Both the position numbers and the translations under genes were made by a program. From NCBI GenBank assembly GCA_963796275.1, contig CAWCKY010000006.1:2048001-2112000 (forward strand): a stretch of DNA of 64,000 nucleotides, given 5' to 3'. The stretch comes from an uncultured Acidobacteriota bacterium. Lineage in GTDB: Bacteria; Acidobacteriota; Blastocatellia; RBC074. This document shows, in pieces, positions 26,649-37,900 of the stretch. The stretch's first letter is position 1. Each line of letters begins with the position of its first letter. The notes under the pieces are model-generated. The model ran no database searches. It had not been told where the DNA came from and was given only the letters and a program-made list of their open reading frames with translations.

Positions 26649-29600
26649 TTAAAACAGAAGTTTTACTGAAAATTGGATTGAGCGCGGCCCGCCCGCCTGG
26701 TACAGCGAGTTGAGACCGCCGATGATCCCCGTGCTCCCTCCGCCCCTTCCCACCATCGATTGTGAAAGTCCGAAAGACGGATTGGGAATTGAAGGTAGGA
26801 GCAGACCGCTTGAATAACGGCTGTAGAGTGTTGTCACAGGATTGCTGAAATTGGGATGGTTGAAGATGTTGAAGATGTCGGCCTTGAATTGGAGTCCGAC
26901 CTTCTCCGTCAGACTGAAGCTTCGTCGCAGCGAGATATCCATCTGATGGAAAGGAGATCCGCGAAGCGCGTTACGCCCCAGTGTCCCTTGTCTGGAACGA
27001 TCTTCCGAAATTTCGGCTAAGATCGGCTGCGGGGAGAATGCCGCCGGGTTGATTCGCTCTCCACCGGGCGCTGCAGGATCCTTGAGATAAAGAGGCACGC
27101 CGGGGATCAAGTTCGGTCGAAGCGTTTCCCACGCCTTGCCCATAACCGGCGACCATATGGCTCCGCTCCCGGTCACGACAACGTTGACGGGCAACGCCGA
27201 TTGCGCACGGATGATCGAATCGACCGACCATCCCCGCAGGAGTGGCCCGACGAACCTGTTTGCACCAAATACCGGTAGATCATACGTAAATGCGCCGGAG
27301 AAGAGATGGCGCACATCAAAATCGGAATCTCCCTTATATACCCCCGATATCCACTGATTCTCGTCGGAGACGATATCTATCGAATGCGACCAGGTGTAAC
27401 TGGCGAGCGCCTGCAGCCTTCGCGAGAGACGGCGCTGAAATTGAAGCTGCAGCGAGTGGTAATCCGAACGGGCACGATTTGTTATCGCGTCAAACACAGC
27501 AAATTCAGGGTTGGGATTATTGATGGTTTGCCCCATCACCAGACGGCGCCCCTGGGCCGCCACATAGGTTGCTGATAAGGTCTGGTTTGAGCCAAGCGAC
27601 TGCTCGACGGCGAGATTCCATTGGACAGTGTATGGCAGCTTCAAATCAGGATTGACGACGGTAAGGGAACTGTATGGAGGCTGAGGTTCCGCAGGAGGCG
27701 GAGGCATAGCCCTCGACGGCGCCACCGGGAACGGTTCGCCATTCAGCAGCTCATATCTGCTGAATGGCATGCCATCATAGCCCGCCACCGCATAACCCGG
27801 ACCGAGATCATAGAAGATACCGAACCCTCCCCGAAGAATGGTTTCGCGATTCCGGGTTTGTGAGAGTTGATATGCCACTCCGAGGCGTGGGGCGATGTTG
27901 CCATAGCCGGTCTTCCACAACCTGCTATTTTTAGGCGCCAGTCTCATGGTGGCCGGATCATCCAACCCGGTTACCGTATATGGCAGGCCTCCGCTGGCTG
28001 CCGATGGCGAGGGATTCACCTCCCAACGCATCCCGTAGGTCAGGGTCAACCGGCGACCGGTTCTCCAGGCATCCTGCCAGAAGGCCGAGAAATTGTTGAA
28101 TAGAGGTTCCGCTTCGTCTCTTGCGTTTAGAACGACGGAAGCCTTTCCAGTTTTGAGCGCAGTAGCGCCGCTGAAGGTACTCCATTGCCGATAGACCGGA
28201 GGCTCATAACTTGGCGACAATCGCCGGTAATCGATGCCGAACTTGAGTTGATGTTTTCCGGTCACCACTGAAAGAGTATCGACCAGGTTGATCTGGCGCT
28301 GAAGATGCTTCACATTTCTCCCCACCTTGATTGCAGCATCTGACAAGGAAATATCGATCCCAGGGACTCCTGAAACTCCAGCAACCTGGCCGGTCGGGGG
28401 CCGAGGCACCTCCCTCTCTCTCCCCGCCTCGATTCCGGCATCTAGTCCGGCAGCTAGCCTGGGAGACCTGAGCCCAAAGGCCACTTGAGAGTTATCCGGG
28501 GACGCAAATGCAGGAAAGACCTGTGAATCGGCCAGAGGAACGCCGCCGCCGAAAGAGTCGAGCGAAGATGAATCGTTATACGCGGTCCGACTGTAGTTGA
28601 ATCTGAAATCGTTGGCTATCTCCGGCCCTATCGAGAGGGTTCCTCCGAAAGTCAGCGTCCTGGTATTGAGCGTCGTACGGTCGAGGACGCTTGGAGTCCT
28701 GGTCCAGCGAGTTACATTTTCAGAAGGCGCATGGTTATACCTGCCGAATACCAGCAATCGATTATTGATGGTGTGGTCTATCCGGATACTCGTCGCGTCC
28801 AATACTGATGGAGTTGAGTAGCTTGCGGTAAATTTAGCCAATCCGGTATTCGGATCCTCGGGGCCGTTCGGAATGGGAAAGGCATCCAGGTACGGCCTGA
28901 TCGGCGCGGCGGCTTTTCGTCGAACGCTGAGCGAGGGAACTTCCGTGACTGCGACCTGGGGTTGTCGGATCCGCATCCCTTCATATGAAAAGAAGAAGAA
29001 GATGCGCCGGCTGTTGTATAAATGGGGGGTGCCATTTTTGAATCGCGGTAACAAGAGAGGACCGCCCAGCACCGCACCGAAATCGTTCTGCCTGAGGGGC
29101 GGCTTCTCCAATCCGCTACGGTTGGCGAACCAGTCGTTGGCATCGAGCGCCTCATTACGTAAATGATCGAATAACATGCCGTGAAATTCGTTCGTTCCCG
29201 AGCGCGTTACGATCGAAATCTGCCCGCCGGCAGCGCGGCCGAACTCGGACGAGCCGGCAGATGTCAGAATCTTGAACTCTTGTAGGGAGCCGAGAGATAC
29301 CAGATTATTGAAGCCGCCGAAGACAGTCAGTCCGGGCAGCGCGCCAATCATAGCCGGGCCAGGGGAGAGAGTATTGCCCGCGGCGATGTTGGCACTGACG
29401 CCGTCGATCATCAGGTAATTGGCGGTGGGTCGCTGGCCATTGATGCTATATGCCCACCCGGAAGCGATGCTGCTCGATGCGATTGGCACTGTCCCCGGTG
29501 TCAGCGCTAGCAGCTGTAGAAAGTTCTGCCCGTTAACCGGCAGGTTCGCGACAAAATGTTGGTCGATAACCGTGCTCACAGCGGCAGTGTCACGAAGACC

Positions 29601-30032
29601 GGCATCCGCTTTGATCACCACGGTCTCGTTGATCCCGCCCACTTTCAAACGGATCCTGATCGAGCGAGGATCGTTGACATTGAGCGTCAGGTTCTCGATG
29701 ATGACGGCGCCAAACCCCTCCCGCGTAACTGTAACTTGATAGTCGCCCGGCAGCAAAAAATGGAAAGTGAATATCCCCTCCTCATGGGTCTTTGTTTCGC
29801 GTTGAAATCCGGTGGCCGGGTTTAGCAAGGTGACACCGGCGCCGGCGATAATGGCATCTTTCTCGTCAATGACCAGGCCGCTCAGTGAGGTGGTCGCCTG
29901 AGCCAGGACAACCGAGGAAGGGCGTTCGCTCGACTCGCCGGCCGCCAGGCCGAAACTGACGATGAGGAGGACCAAGATGGCCATGTGCTTGAATTCTGTT
30001 TTTCCAATGGTTCGGTTTCGACAACTCATCAT
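26649..30032 (-). CDS. TonB-dependent receptor (Oar-like) immediately downstream of the sigma fusion
   Basis: LPVNGQNF; RSGTNEFHG; FWQDAWR; C-terminal QFSVKLLF; ATG at 30032 lies 2 nt after the upstream stop codon. Confidence 0.93.
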   Translation of the reverse strand: MMSCRNRTIGKTEFKHMAILVLLIVSFGLAAGESSERPSSVVLAQATTSLSGLVIDEKDAIIAGAGVTLLNPATGFQRETKTHEEGIFTFHFLLPGDYQVTVTREGFGAVIIENLTLNVNDPRSIRIRLKVGGINETVVIKADAGLRDTAAVSTVIDQHFVANLPVNGQNFLQLLALTPGTVPIASSSIASGWAYSINGQRPTANYLMIDGVSANIAAGNTLSPGPAMIGALPGLTVFGGFNNLVSLGSLQEFKILTSAGSSEFGRAAGGQISIVTRSGTNEFHGMLFDHLRNEALDANDWFANRSGLEKPPLRQNDFGAVLGGPLLLPRFKNGTPHLYNSRRIFFFFSYEGMRIRQPQVAVTEVPSLSVRRKAAAPIRPYLDAFPIPNGPEDPNTGLAKFTASYSTPSVLDATSIRIDHTINNRLLVFGRYNHAPSENVTRWTRTPSVLDRTTLNTRTLTFGGTLSIGPEIANDFRFNYSRTAYNDSSSLDSFGGGVPLADSQVFPAFASPDNSQVAFGLRSPRLAAGLDAGIEAGREREVPRPPTGQVAGVSGVPGIDISLSDAAIKVGRNVKHLQRQINLVDTLSVVTGKHQLKFGIDYRRLSPSYEPPVYRQWSTFSGATALKTGKASVVLNARDEAEPLFNNFSAFWQDAWRTGRRLTLTYGMRWEVNPSPSAASGGLPYTVTGLDDPATMRLAPKNSRLWKTGYGNIAPRLGVAYQLSQTRNRETILRGGFGIFYDLGPGYAVAGYDGMPFSRYELLNGEPFPVAPSRAMPPPPAEPQPPYSSLTVVNPDLKLPYTVQWNLAVEQSLGSNQTLSATYVAAQGRRLVMGQTINNPNPEFAVFDAITNRARSDYHSLQLQFQRRLSRRLQALASYTWSHSIDIVSDENQWISGVYKGDSDFDVRHLFSGAFTYDLPVFGANRFVGPLLRGWSVDSIIRAQSALPVNVVVTGSGAIWSPVMGKAWETLRPNLIPGVPLYLKDPAAPGGERINPAAFSPQPILAEISEDRSRQGTLGRNALRGSPFHQMDISLRRSFSLTEKVGLQFKADIFNIFNHPNFSNPVTTLYSRYSSGLLLPSIPNPSFGLSQSMVGRGGGSTGIIGGLNSLYQAGGPRSIQFSVKLLF

Positions 30033-30034
30033 TC

Positions 30035-33000
30035 TTAATGATTCCCAGCCACTTCTTTTTGAATCTCCCTGGACAGCTTCTCTGCATCGATCAGAGATCG
30101 CCACAACTGAGCCATATTGATCGATGTTCTGGTGGTTGCGTGTGTCGGGATGGCGAAAGCTGCGCGAACGGCCCGATTGTTGGCTATCCCTAGTTTGAAC
30201 AGCCGATCGATGGCGGCGATCAGGCGGGCTTCGACCTTGCCATCGACTTCGGCCTGGCCTCCATCAGCTGGTTCAGCCGCTCCGATGACGAGTTGTAGTT
30301 GCTGGCGCATGGCTTCGGTCTCATCCGCAAAGATTCGCGCGTGCTCGCGAACCAGCGTGAGCCACTCTGCACGGGCCTCGGCATTGAGCGCGCGAATCTC
30401 ATCCAGCGAGAATCGGCTCGCGAGGCGCTTCAGCGCATAGGCTCGCAGCAGTGCCTTGTGCGATTGCGTCAACATTCGGGTCGAGAACTGCCGTATTTCA
30501 GCCTCAATCGCCCGCTCTCCCTCCTCTGCGGAGATCGGCGATATCCGGTCGGCGAGTTTGTGGGCAAAGTGAGCTCGCAGTTCGGACTGCGCCGGGATCG
30601 TATTGCCGGTCGCCGCATACTCATCGATCACTCCCGGAGTCAAGGGCCGCGTTCCGGAGGATCGGCGCTTGAGCGCCTCCGCGATGGTCTCGATCCGGAT
30701 CAGAACGGCGGGATTGTTAGCGATCGGAGCCATGGCCCTGAGTATTTCAGCCTGGCGGTTCGAGGTTTCAACGGTCGCTTCGACCTTCAGTTTTCCGCCC
30801 GCGCCGCGCGTAATGCTCACCTCCTCGCCGAGGTCGGCTCCTATCCGATGGAGGAGAATAAGAGTTCTGATCTCCAGTTCGGCTGACGCAGCGGGGGAAG
30901 CAGATGAGGCGGAGAGTGATGACGGCTGCGCAATCGTCGTCTGGTCGCTGCCGATCATCCTGGTTTCGCTTACACTCACCTCGATCAATTCCGAGTCTAC
31001 ATCGAATACCTGTCCGCCGGCATCGCTTATTGACCTGGGCTCGAAAAGCTTTTCAACGAACAGCACCACGCGATCTACTTTGGCATACCTGAAATGGAGT
31101 CGTTGTTCGATGGGACGTAGGCTGCTGCGATCGAGCGTTAAGGTAGCGCCCACCAACCCCTGAGATGGATTCCGATAACTGATCACATAGGCGTGCGGTC
31201 TATTCTCTATGTTCGCCGGCCCTCCATTGCCTACAAGGTCGGTGAAATCTTTCGCCGATAGATCCATCCGCCACAGATCGTCGATTGTTGGTGTTCGGCC
31301 GGAGCCAGAAGCTGTCCAGTTCGCCCAATTCGCAATGTTCGATTCGGGACCGGACGATTGCTGAGCCGAGGATTCGCCTCTCCGACGGTAGAGCTTCGGC
31401 GAACCGTTCATCGTCCGCCATTCTCCTGCAATGAGCAGGCCATGCTCGTCGTAGAGACGGCGCACCTGGAGCTGTTTTGCGGCGCTCCGCCAAACTTCAA
31501 CTCTGCGCCGCGCAAGAACCGTATTGTCGGCCCGGAGCTCTTCGAGTTCCATCGTCCGATGAAAGACCTGATCGGGGCGGCCGGAGATCAATCGCTCCAT
31601 CGATGCTTCGCCAGTTGCGGCACGGCTGAGCAGATTCGCCGCGGTCGGTCCATTGAGATGATCGATGACCAACCAGAGTGCAATCAAGATCAGGCCTATC
31701 ACGACAGCGCCCTGAGGCTTCGCCAGGATCCAGGTGAGCGAGCTCCACCAACTATACAAGATATTACGTCGCTCGTCCGGTTGTATATCTTCATACTCTT
31801 CCGGCGATGCCTGGCAGGCAGCGGTCTCCGATCGCAAAGATGGGTTATGGTAGACGACCTGTAGAGCAGGCCGCACTTCTTTGAAGCTCAGGCTGACTTC
31901 AATCCTCCGTCCATCGCTCAGCTCAACGATCTCCTCTTGCTCGAACTCGCCCTTCGGAGGTTCATCGACGACCAGGTAAGCCATCCGGACTTCCTGTTCG
32001 CTGTAAACCTCAATGAAGCTGATCTGCTCGATTTCGCTGAGGTTTAAAGTCTGTTTGTTTACCTCCGCCGCGACTTCCTGCGCCACCAGCCATTGCCCGT
32101 TGACGGCGATCCGTAACTCCTTCGGATCGTGTTCATAGACCAATCTCACGCGGTGGCGCAACCGCTTCAAGGCTCCTTTACTATCATTACCGCGATGGCC
32201 ATTGTTGCCCCCGCCTTTCTTCAAACCATTCTCTCCCATACCATCTTTCGATCCCGGATCAGGACGGTTGAAATCGGTTGGGTTGCGATCTGCGAGCAGC
32301 AGCAGTCCCAGCGTTCTATTGACTTCGTCCAGACAGCGGCGGCAACTTGTCAGATGCGCGAGCACTTCACGTTCGACCGGCCGACGTTCTGCGTTCTGAT
32401 AGCGCTCCCGTAGTTCCCTGTGCGGCGGGCATGCGCCGCTGCACGCGCCAAAAATTTGATCCCACAACGCCGTCAACAGGTCATCAGTGGAGAGTCGAGT
32501 GTGCATCCATCTCGGTTCCGGCGTTGAACATTGCACGACGAATCCTAGACGATGCGGGTCCTGCACGATGAGTCGCGCCTCGGCCCGCGCGACGCGCAGC
32601 GATTCGGCGGCCGCTTGCCGCTCGATCTGCAATATCTTGGCAATCTCGCCGGGGAAATAGCCCAGAAAATAGCGCAGGATCAAAACACTCGCCGCCTTCG
32701 AGGTCTCCTTGCGCCAACAGGCGTAGCGGCAGATCAAAAATAACTCATCCTGGACATTAATGAGATGCCGTGATTCGACAAAACGCAGTCCCAATTCTAC
32801 CGAGTCGTAATCGAGCAGGCTGAGCTGTTGCATCGAGCCCCGCCCGGCGCGCCGGATCTGCGAACGGTAAGTGTTGCGCAGCGATATGTAGAGATAACCG
32901 TCCAGATTCTCGATCTTTTGCAGGTCCGGCTGGGTAAGGGCAAATTTAACAAAGACATCGTGAACCAAATCCTCCGCCTGATGCAGGTCGTGATCGGTCA

Positions 33001-33100
33001 GCTGCATGGCAAACGCCAGTAGCCGATCATAGCGATCCATGAATAAGTCTTCATAAGTGCAGGCAGTCCGCTGTTGAAATAGCATGATCATTACACTCAA
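30035..33100 (-). CDS. ECF sigma factor fused to a zinc anti-sigma motif, a TM helix and an extracytoplasmic region
   Basis: Region 2 AEDLVHDVF; region 4 LILRY..GEIAKILQI..SLRVAR; HLTSCRRC; TM GAVVIGLILIALWLVI; about 540-aa C-terminal region. Confidence 0.88.
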   Translation of the reverse strand: MSVMIMLFQQRTACTYEDLFMDRYDRLLAFAMQLTDHDLHQAEDLVHDVFVKFALTQPDLQKIENLDGYLYISLRNTYRSQIRRAGRGSMQQLSLLDYDSVELGLRFVESRHLINVQDELFLICRYACWRKETSKAASVLILRYFLGYFPGEIAKILQIERQAAAESLRVARAEARLIVQDPHRLGFVVQCSTPEPRWMHTRLSTDDLLTALWDQIFGACSGACPPHRELRERYQNAERRPVEREVLAHLTSCRRCLDEVNRTLGLLLLADRNPTDFNRPDPGSKDGMGENGLKKGGGNNGHRGNDSKGALKRLRHRVRLVYEHDPKELRIAVNGQWLVAQEVAAEVNKQTLNLSEIEQISFIEVYSEQEVRMAYLVVDEPPKGEFEQEEIVELSDGRRIEVSLSFKEVRPALQVVYHNPSLRSETAACQASPEEYEDIQPDERRNILYSWWSSLTWILAKPQGAVVIGLILIALWLVIDHLNGPTAANLLSRAATGEASMERLISGRPDQVFHRTMELEELRADNTVLARRRVEVWRSAAKQLQVRRLYDEHGLLIAGEWRTMNGSPKLYRRRGESSAQQSSGPESNIANWANWTASGSGRTPTIDDLWRMDLSAKDFTDLVGNGGPANIENRPHAYVISYRNPSQGLVGATLTLDRSSLRPIEQRLHFRYAKVDRVVLFVEKLFEPRSISDAGGQVFDVDSELIEVSVSETRMIGSDQTTIAQPSSLSASSASPAASAELEIRTLILLHRIGADLGEEVSITRGAGGKLKVEATVETSNRQAEILRAMAPIANNPAVLIRIETIAEALKRRSSGTRPLTPGVIDEYAATGNTIPAQSELRAHFAHKLADRISPISAEEGERAIEAEIRQFSTRMLTQSHKALLRAYALKRLASRFSLDEIRALNAEARAEWLTLVREHARIFADETEAMRQQLQLVIGAAEPADGGQAEVDGKVEARLIAAIDRLFKLGIANNRAVRAAFAIPTHATTRTSINMAQLWRSLIDAEKLSREIQKEVAGNH

Positions 33101-33262
33101 TCAGACTCCCCAGAACCGGCTGGCATCAGGTGGCTGGGCAAAAAAGTTACCGAATACAGTTTAGCAATGGAGCAATTTCGGTCAATTTCAATTGGCTTAT
33201 ATAGTTGCACTGTGTGGGCTATTCCAGTCCATCCCGAATTTCCTTCTTCCAGTAAGGGGACA

Positions 33263-34511
33263 TCAAATCGTCGGCAGACCCAGCAATCGCGCGGCATTGT
33301 TGTGGTAAACCTTTTTCAGTATCTGATCGGGCAGCCCGATGCCGTATATCTTCCAGCGCCCCTGCGGCGGGGTGGGGCTGGGGGCATAATCGAAGTATTC
33401 ATCGAGCGTCTCCAAAAATCGAAAATAGGCTTGGAACATGGCTGGTTTCAGATACCTGCTGCGGAACCTCCGTGCCATTCGGCGTGGCGTCGGTGCCGAA
33501 CATAATGCGATCTTGATAATCCTCGAAGAACTTGCGCGCCCGGCGCGGTTGGCGGCCCAGTTCGCCGAGCCGAGCGCCGATCTCCACGCGCAGATTGGGA
33601 TATCGGTTGAGCCAGTTCGATACTTCATCGAGGTTCTCCGGATGATTGGCGACGTGCAATCCGACGAAGGTGGTCCGGGCGTGACGCTCGATCACGCGAT
33701 TGCGCGAGATCAGTAGTTCTGCCTTCGGGGGAAAATCTTTCCCGTAAAAAGACCAGTTTGGGTGATTGCGGAGCTCTTCCCATCGTTCATTGAAACGATC
33801 GGTTGGCGTGAAGAAGGCGTCGGGATCTGCGGTGTGTATGAAGACGGGCAGGTTTAACTTTCCCGCTGCCTCCCACATCGGGTCAAAACGCGGATCGTCA
33901 ATCTTGACCAACGGCCCGTCCAAGCCGTTTTCGCGTAAGTAGACTCCCAGAGTCTTAGTTATTTTCAGGCCGATGGCGCCCGCATCCTTGGCGCGCCGCA
34001 ATTCTTCGGCCTGCCATGCCGGATAGTTCGGTTCCCTGAACTTGTCGTAAGCGGGCACAACACAGTTAAGGAATCGGCCTTTGTATCTTCCTTGCAGGTC
34101 GCTCACGTTCCGTTTCAGAGTCTCTCCGTAGCCCCCAGTGAGGTTATTCAGCGTCTTGATATTCAACTGATCCATCCAGTTCACGATCTGATCCAACTGC
34201 TTGAAGGCGGAGTCCGCGACCGTGGCTCTTGAATCGGTCGCCCGTTGTTGCCCGAAGACGCCGGAGATATGAGTATGGACGTCAATGACCGGGTAGCGCG
34301 CCCGGAGAGTCGGATGCTCCGGGACTACGAGCATGCTCTTGGGCTGAAAGTCATCGAGGGCTAGTTTTGCGGGTTGATCCTGCGTGCTCATCGCGCCGTC
34401 CCCGACACGTTCAGCGGTGCCAGGGCTGCTCCTGGAGATCAGGACCGAGGCGGCGACGCTACCTAGAAAACGGCGCCGTGGATTGGGTTTTGATTCCATG
34501 CAATTCTTCAC
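33263..34511 (-). pseudogene. Tat-exported amidohydrolase-2 family protein split by a +1 frameshift near 33454 (possibly an artefact)
   Basis: PRRRFL; IDVHTH; IHTADP; MFGTD; the C-terminus (YFRFLET..KVYHNNA) is in the adjacent frame; AGGAGG RBS before GTG 34511. Confidence 0.85.
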
Positions 34512-34917
34512 AGTGTTTTTCCTCCTGAACAATGCATTATAGAAAGGAGGACGGAAATTGTGTAACTTCTTCGCTCGTTGAATGGCGCAAATTCGCTGCC
34601 TCTCGCCTACTGATACGTCAGCAATATCTCGAAAGTGCTCAATCCGAAAATCCGTATAATATTCAGAAATATGGAGATACAGTATTGAACGTTTCCATAT
34701 AAGCGACTGTAAATAGAATGTTTACAGTGAGTAGGCTGGCCTGTTACCCCCGGCATAATATTTGACTGCCACAAATTGTGTCGGTGTTAACCTTTTAGTC
34801 CCAAGTTCCATATCTAGTTAGGCATTACCTTCGACATTTCTACTGGGGGAGGCGGTCATTCGTACCGCAGCTCCCGATCAAATACCTGCGTCGTAAGCGG
34901 GCGAATAGGGGGGAGCT

Positions 34918-37900
34918 ATGAAACGAGAAGATAGATTTGCGCGAGCTATAGTCGTTATTTCATGTTTGGCCATCAGTCTCGTATACCTGGGTGCTGGAGC
35001 GCCTGGGGCGTCGGCCCAGGTGCTTTATGGCTCGATCGTGGGGACCGTAACCGATCAAACGAGCGCCGTGGTGCCCAACGCAACTGTGAAGGTTACGAAC
35101 ATATCGACCGGCCTGTCGCGTCAGGTTACCGCGGACAGCGCTGGCAGCTATTCAATTCCGAACCTGCTCGAGGGTGAGTACGACCTTTCGGTCAGCGCCG
35201 GCGGATTCAAACCACTCACCCAAAAGGGAGTGAGCGTCCGGATCAATAACGTCGCACACGTGGATGTCAGGTTGGAGGTAGGCGGGGTCGCCGATTTCGT
35301 TACGGTCGATGCAAGCGGTGCGCTTCTGCAGACTACAAAGGCGGATGTCAATTCAAACCTGGAATCGAAGGCGATCGAGAATCTGCCGCTTTCCGGCTAT
35401 CGCAACTTTCAAAGTCTGGTGAACCTGGTCCCCGGTGCCACTCCGGGGCGATTTCAGAACGCAGTGATCGATACACCACAGCGCGACCTGACCACGAATG
35501 TTAATGGACAGGAACGCGGCGCAAACAATACGCGGGTGGACGGTGCAGCTAATATTCTCGTGACGATGCCGCACCATATGGTTTATGTTCCGCCGGTAGA
35601 AAGCATTCAGGAAGTCAATATCTCCACTAATAACTTCGATGCGGAACAGGGCATTACCGGAGGCGCCGCTGTTACTGTGTCGACGAAATCCGGGACAAAC
35701 GAATTCCATGGGAGCGCATTCGCCTACCACGCCAATAACGCCACGCGCGCCTTTCTGTGGGATGAGAATCGCGCCGGCCTAACGAAGAAACCGAAAGGGA
35801 TTCGCAACTTCGACGGGGCTAGCATCGGCGGACCTATCAAGAAAAATAAACTCTTCTTCTTCGCTGATTGGGAGGGCACGTTTGAGCGGGTAGGCCGCTC
35901 AAGGTTGTACTCCGTGCCGACGGGCGACTTCCGCATGGGGGATTTCAGCCGAACCTTGGGATCGCAAATTTTGGATGCCAATGGAGACACGATTCCAGTA
36001 CCGACCACAGAGGGCGGCTCCGTACCGCTCCAGGGAGGGATGATTTTCGATCCATTCACCGGTAACGAGGACGGCACCGGCCGTTCGGTCTTCTCCAGTG
36101 GTGGGCGGCTCAACGTGATTCCTGCTGCGCGACTGAACAGCCGCATGATGCAACTGCTGGGGCTGGTTCCTCTCCCCAACCAACCCGGGGATCTGAACAA
36201 CTTCTTCAACATCGGCACGCAGCGTTTAAATCGTAACAATGTAGACGCGAAGGTGAACTGGAACCGGAATGAAAAGAACCAAGTCTGGTTCAAGTACAGT
36301 GTCATGAGTGCGCTGGTTAACGGCGATTTCGGCCTGGGCGAAGCCGGAGGCGAGTGTTTATGCGATGGCGGGGTCGGCGCCGGCCAAACACTAGTGCAAT
36401 TGGCGACCATCGGGCAGACCTATACTGTCTCACCCAACCTTGTGATCGACGGTACATTCGGCTGGACCCGATTTGGGCAGAACGTGCAGTCCCCCGATCT
36501 CGGTACCAATTTCGGAAGCGATGTGCTCGGCATTCCGGGAACGAACGGTCCCGATCCCCGGGAGAGCGGTATGCCCGCCTTCAACTTTTCCGACTATTCG
36601 AGCCTCGGCAACACCGAAGGGTGGAACCCGCTGTTCCGCAATGACCAATCCTTCACTTTCAATACAAATGCAAGCTGGGTAAAGGGCAAACACGAGATCA
36701 GATTTGGCTTCGACTATCTACACCATTTGATGAATCACTGGCAGCCGGAACTTGGAAGCGGCCCCCGAGGCGCGTTCACGTTCGATCCGGGTGTGACAGC
36801 CCTCAACCCGACAGCATTTGGGGACACAGTCGGATTCCAGGGAGATACCCCATCATTTGAGAACAGTTGGAACAGCCTGGCCGGTTTTCTGCTCGGCACG
36901 CCCACTGTATCGGGGAAGAGCAGCCAGTACATCAAGATGGATAGCAAGGAGAATGTGTTTGCATTCTACGTGCGCGATCGCTGGCGAGTCACGCCCAAGC
37001 TAACGCTTAGCCTGGGATTGCGATGGGAGCTTTATCCCAACCGCACGCGCTCTGCCGGCCTGGGCATTGAATCCTATGATCCCGCAACCAACGAGGTCCT
37101 GATTGGCGGGCGTGGTGACCTTTCTCGAGACAACGGAGTTGGATACAGCAAGAAACTCTTCGCGCCCCGAATCGGGTTTGCCTATCAGTTAGGGAATTCG
37201 ACCGTCATCCGGAGCGGTTATGGTATTACCTATCACTCGCACCCATGGGGCGCTCAGGCATTGCGCGGCTGGTTCCCGCTCACGATTGCCGCGGAGTTTT
37301 CCGGCGTCAATGGCTTCCAACCGGTAACCACTGATCCCAATTACATCGCAGCCGGTGTTCCCAATCAACCACTCGGCACCGATGTCGGTATTCTGCCGAT
37401 TTGCTGCCCTGATATCAGCACCGGAAGGGTTCCGCTGCCTTCGGCGAATGAGATGGGGTATCCCGTCGCCAACAGACAATTAAACCGCGGCTATATCCAA
37501 TCGTGGAACTTCATTGTCGAGACCAAGCTCCCCGGCGAGTTTGTCACATCGGTAGGATACGTCGGGACGGCATCTGTTAACGGATTCGCCTTCCTAGACA
37601 TCAATGCTTCACAAATACCTGGCTCCGGCAACGATGGGCGCCCGCTTTTCGCCCGATTTGGTCGAACCGCAACGACCAGAGAGTGGGACGGACGCACGCA
37701 CAGCAATTATCACTCGCTGCAAACCACCGTCAATCGGCGGCTGACCGGCGGCCTATTTCTTAAGGCCGCTTATACATACTCGCATGCAATCGATTTGGCC
37801 GATTACAGCGATTGGACGGAATTTCTTTGGAACGCGCCGAGTGTGTTTGGTCGCAACCGGGCCACATCATCGAGCAACATCCCCCACGTATTCCAGTTCG

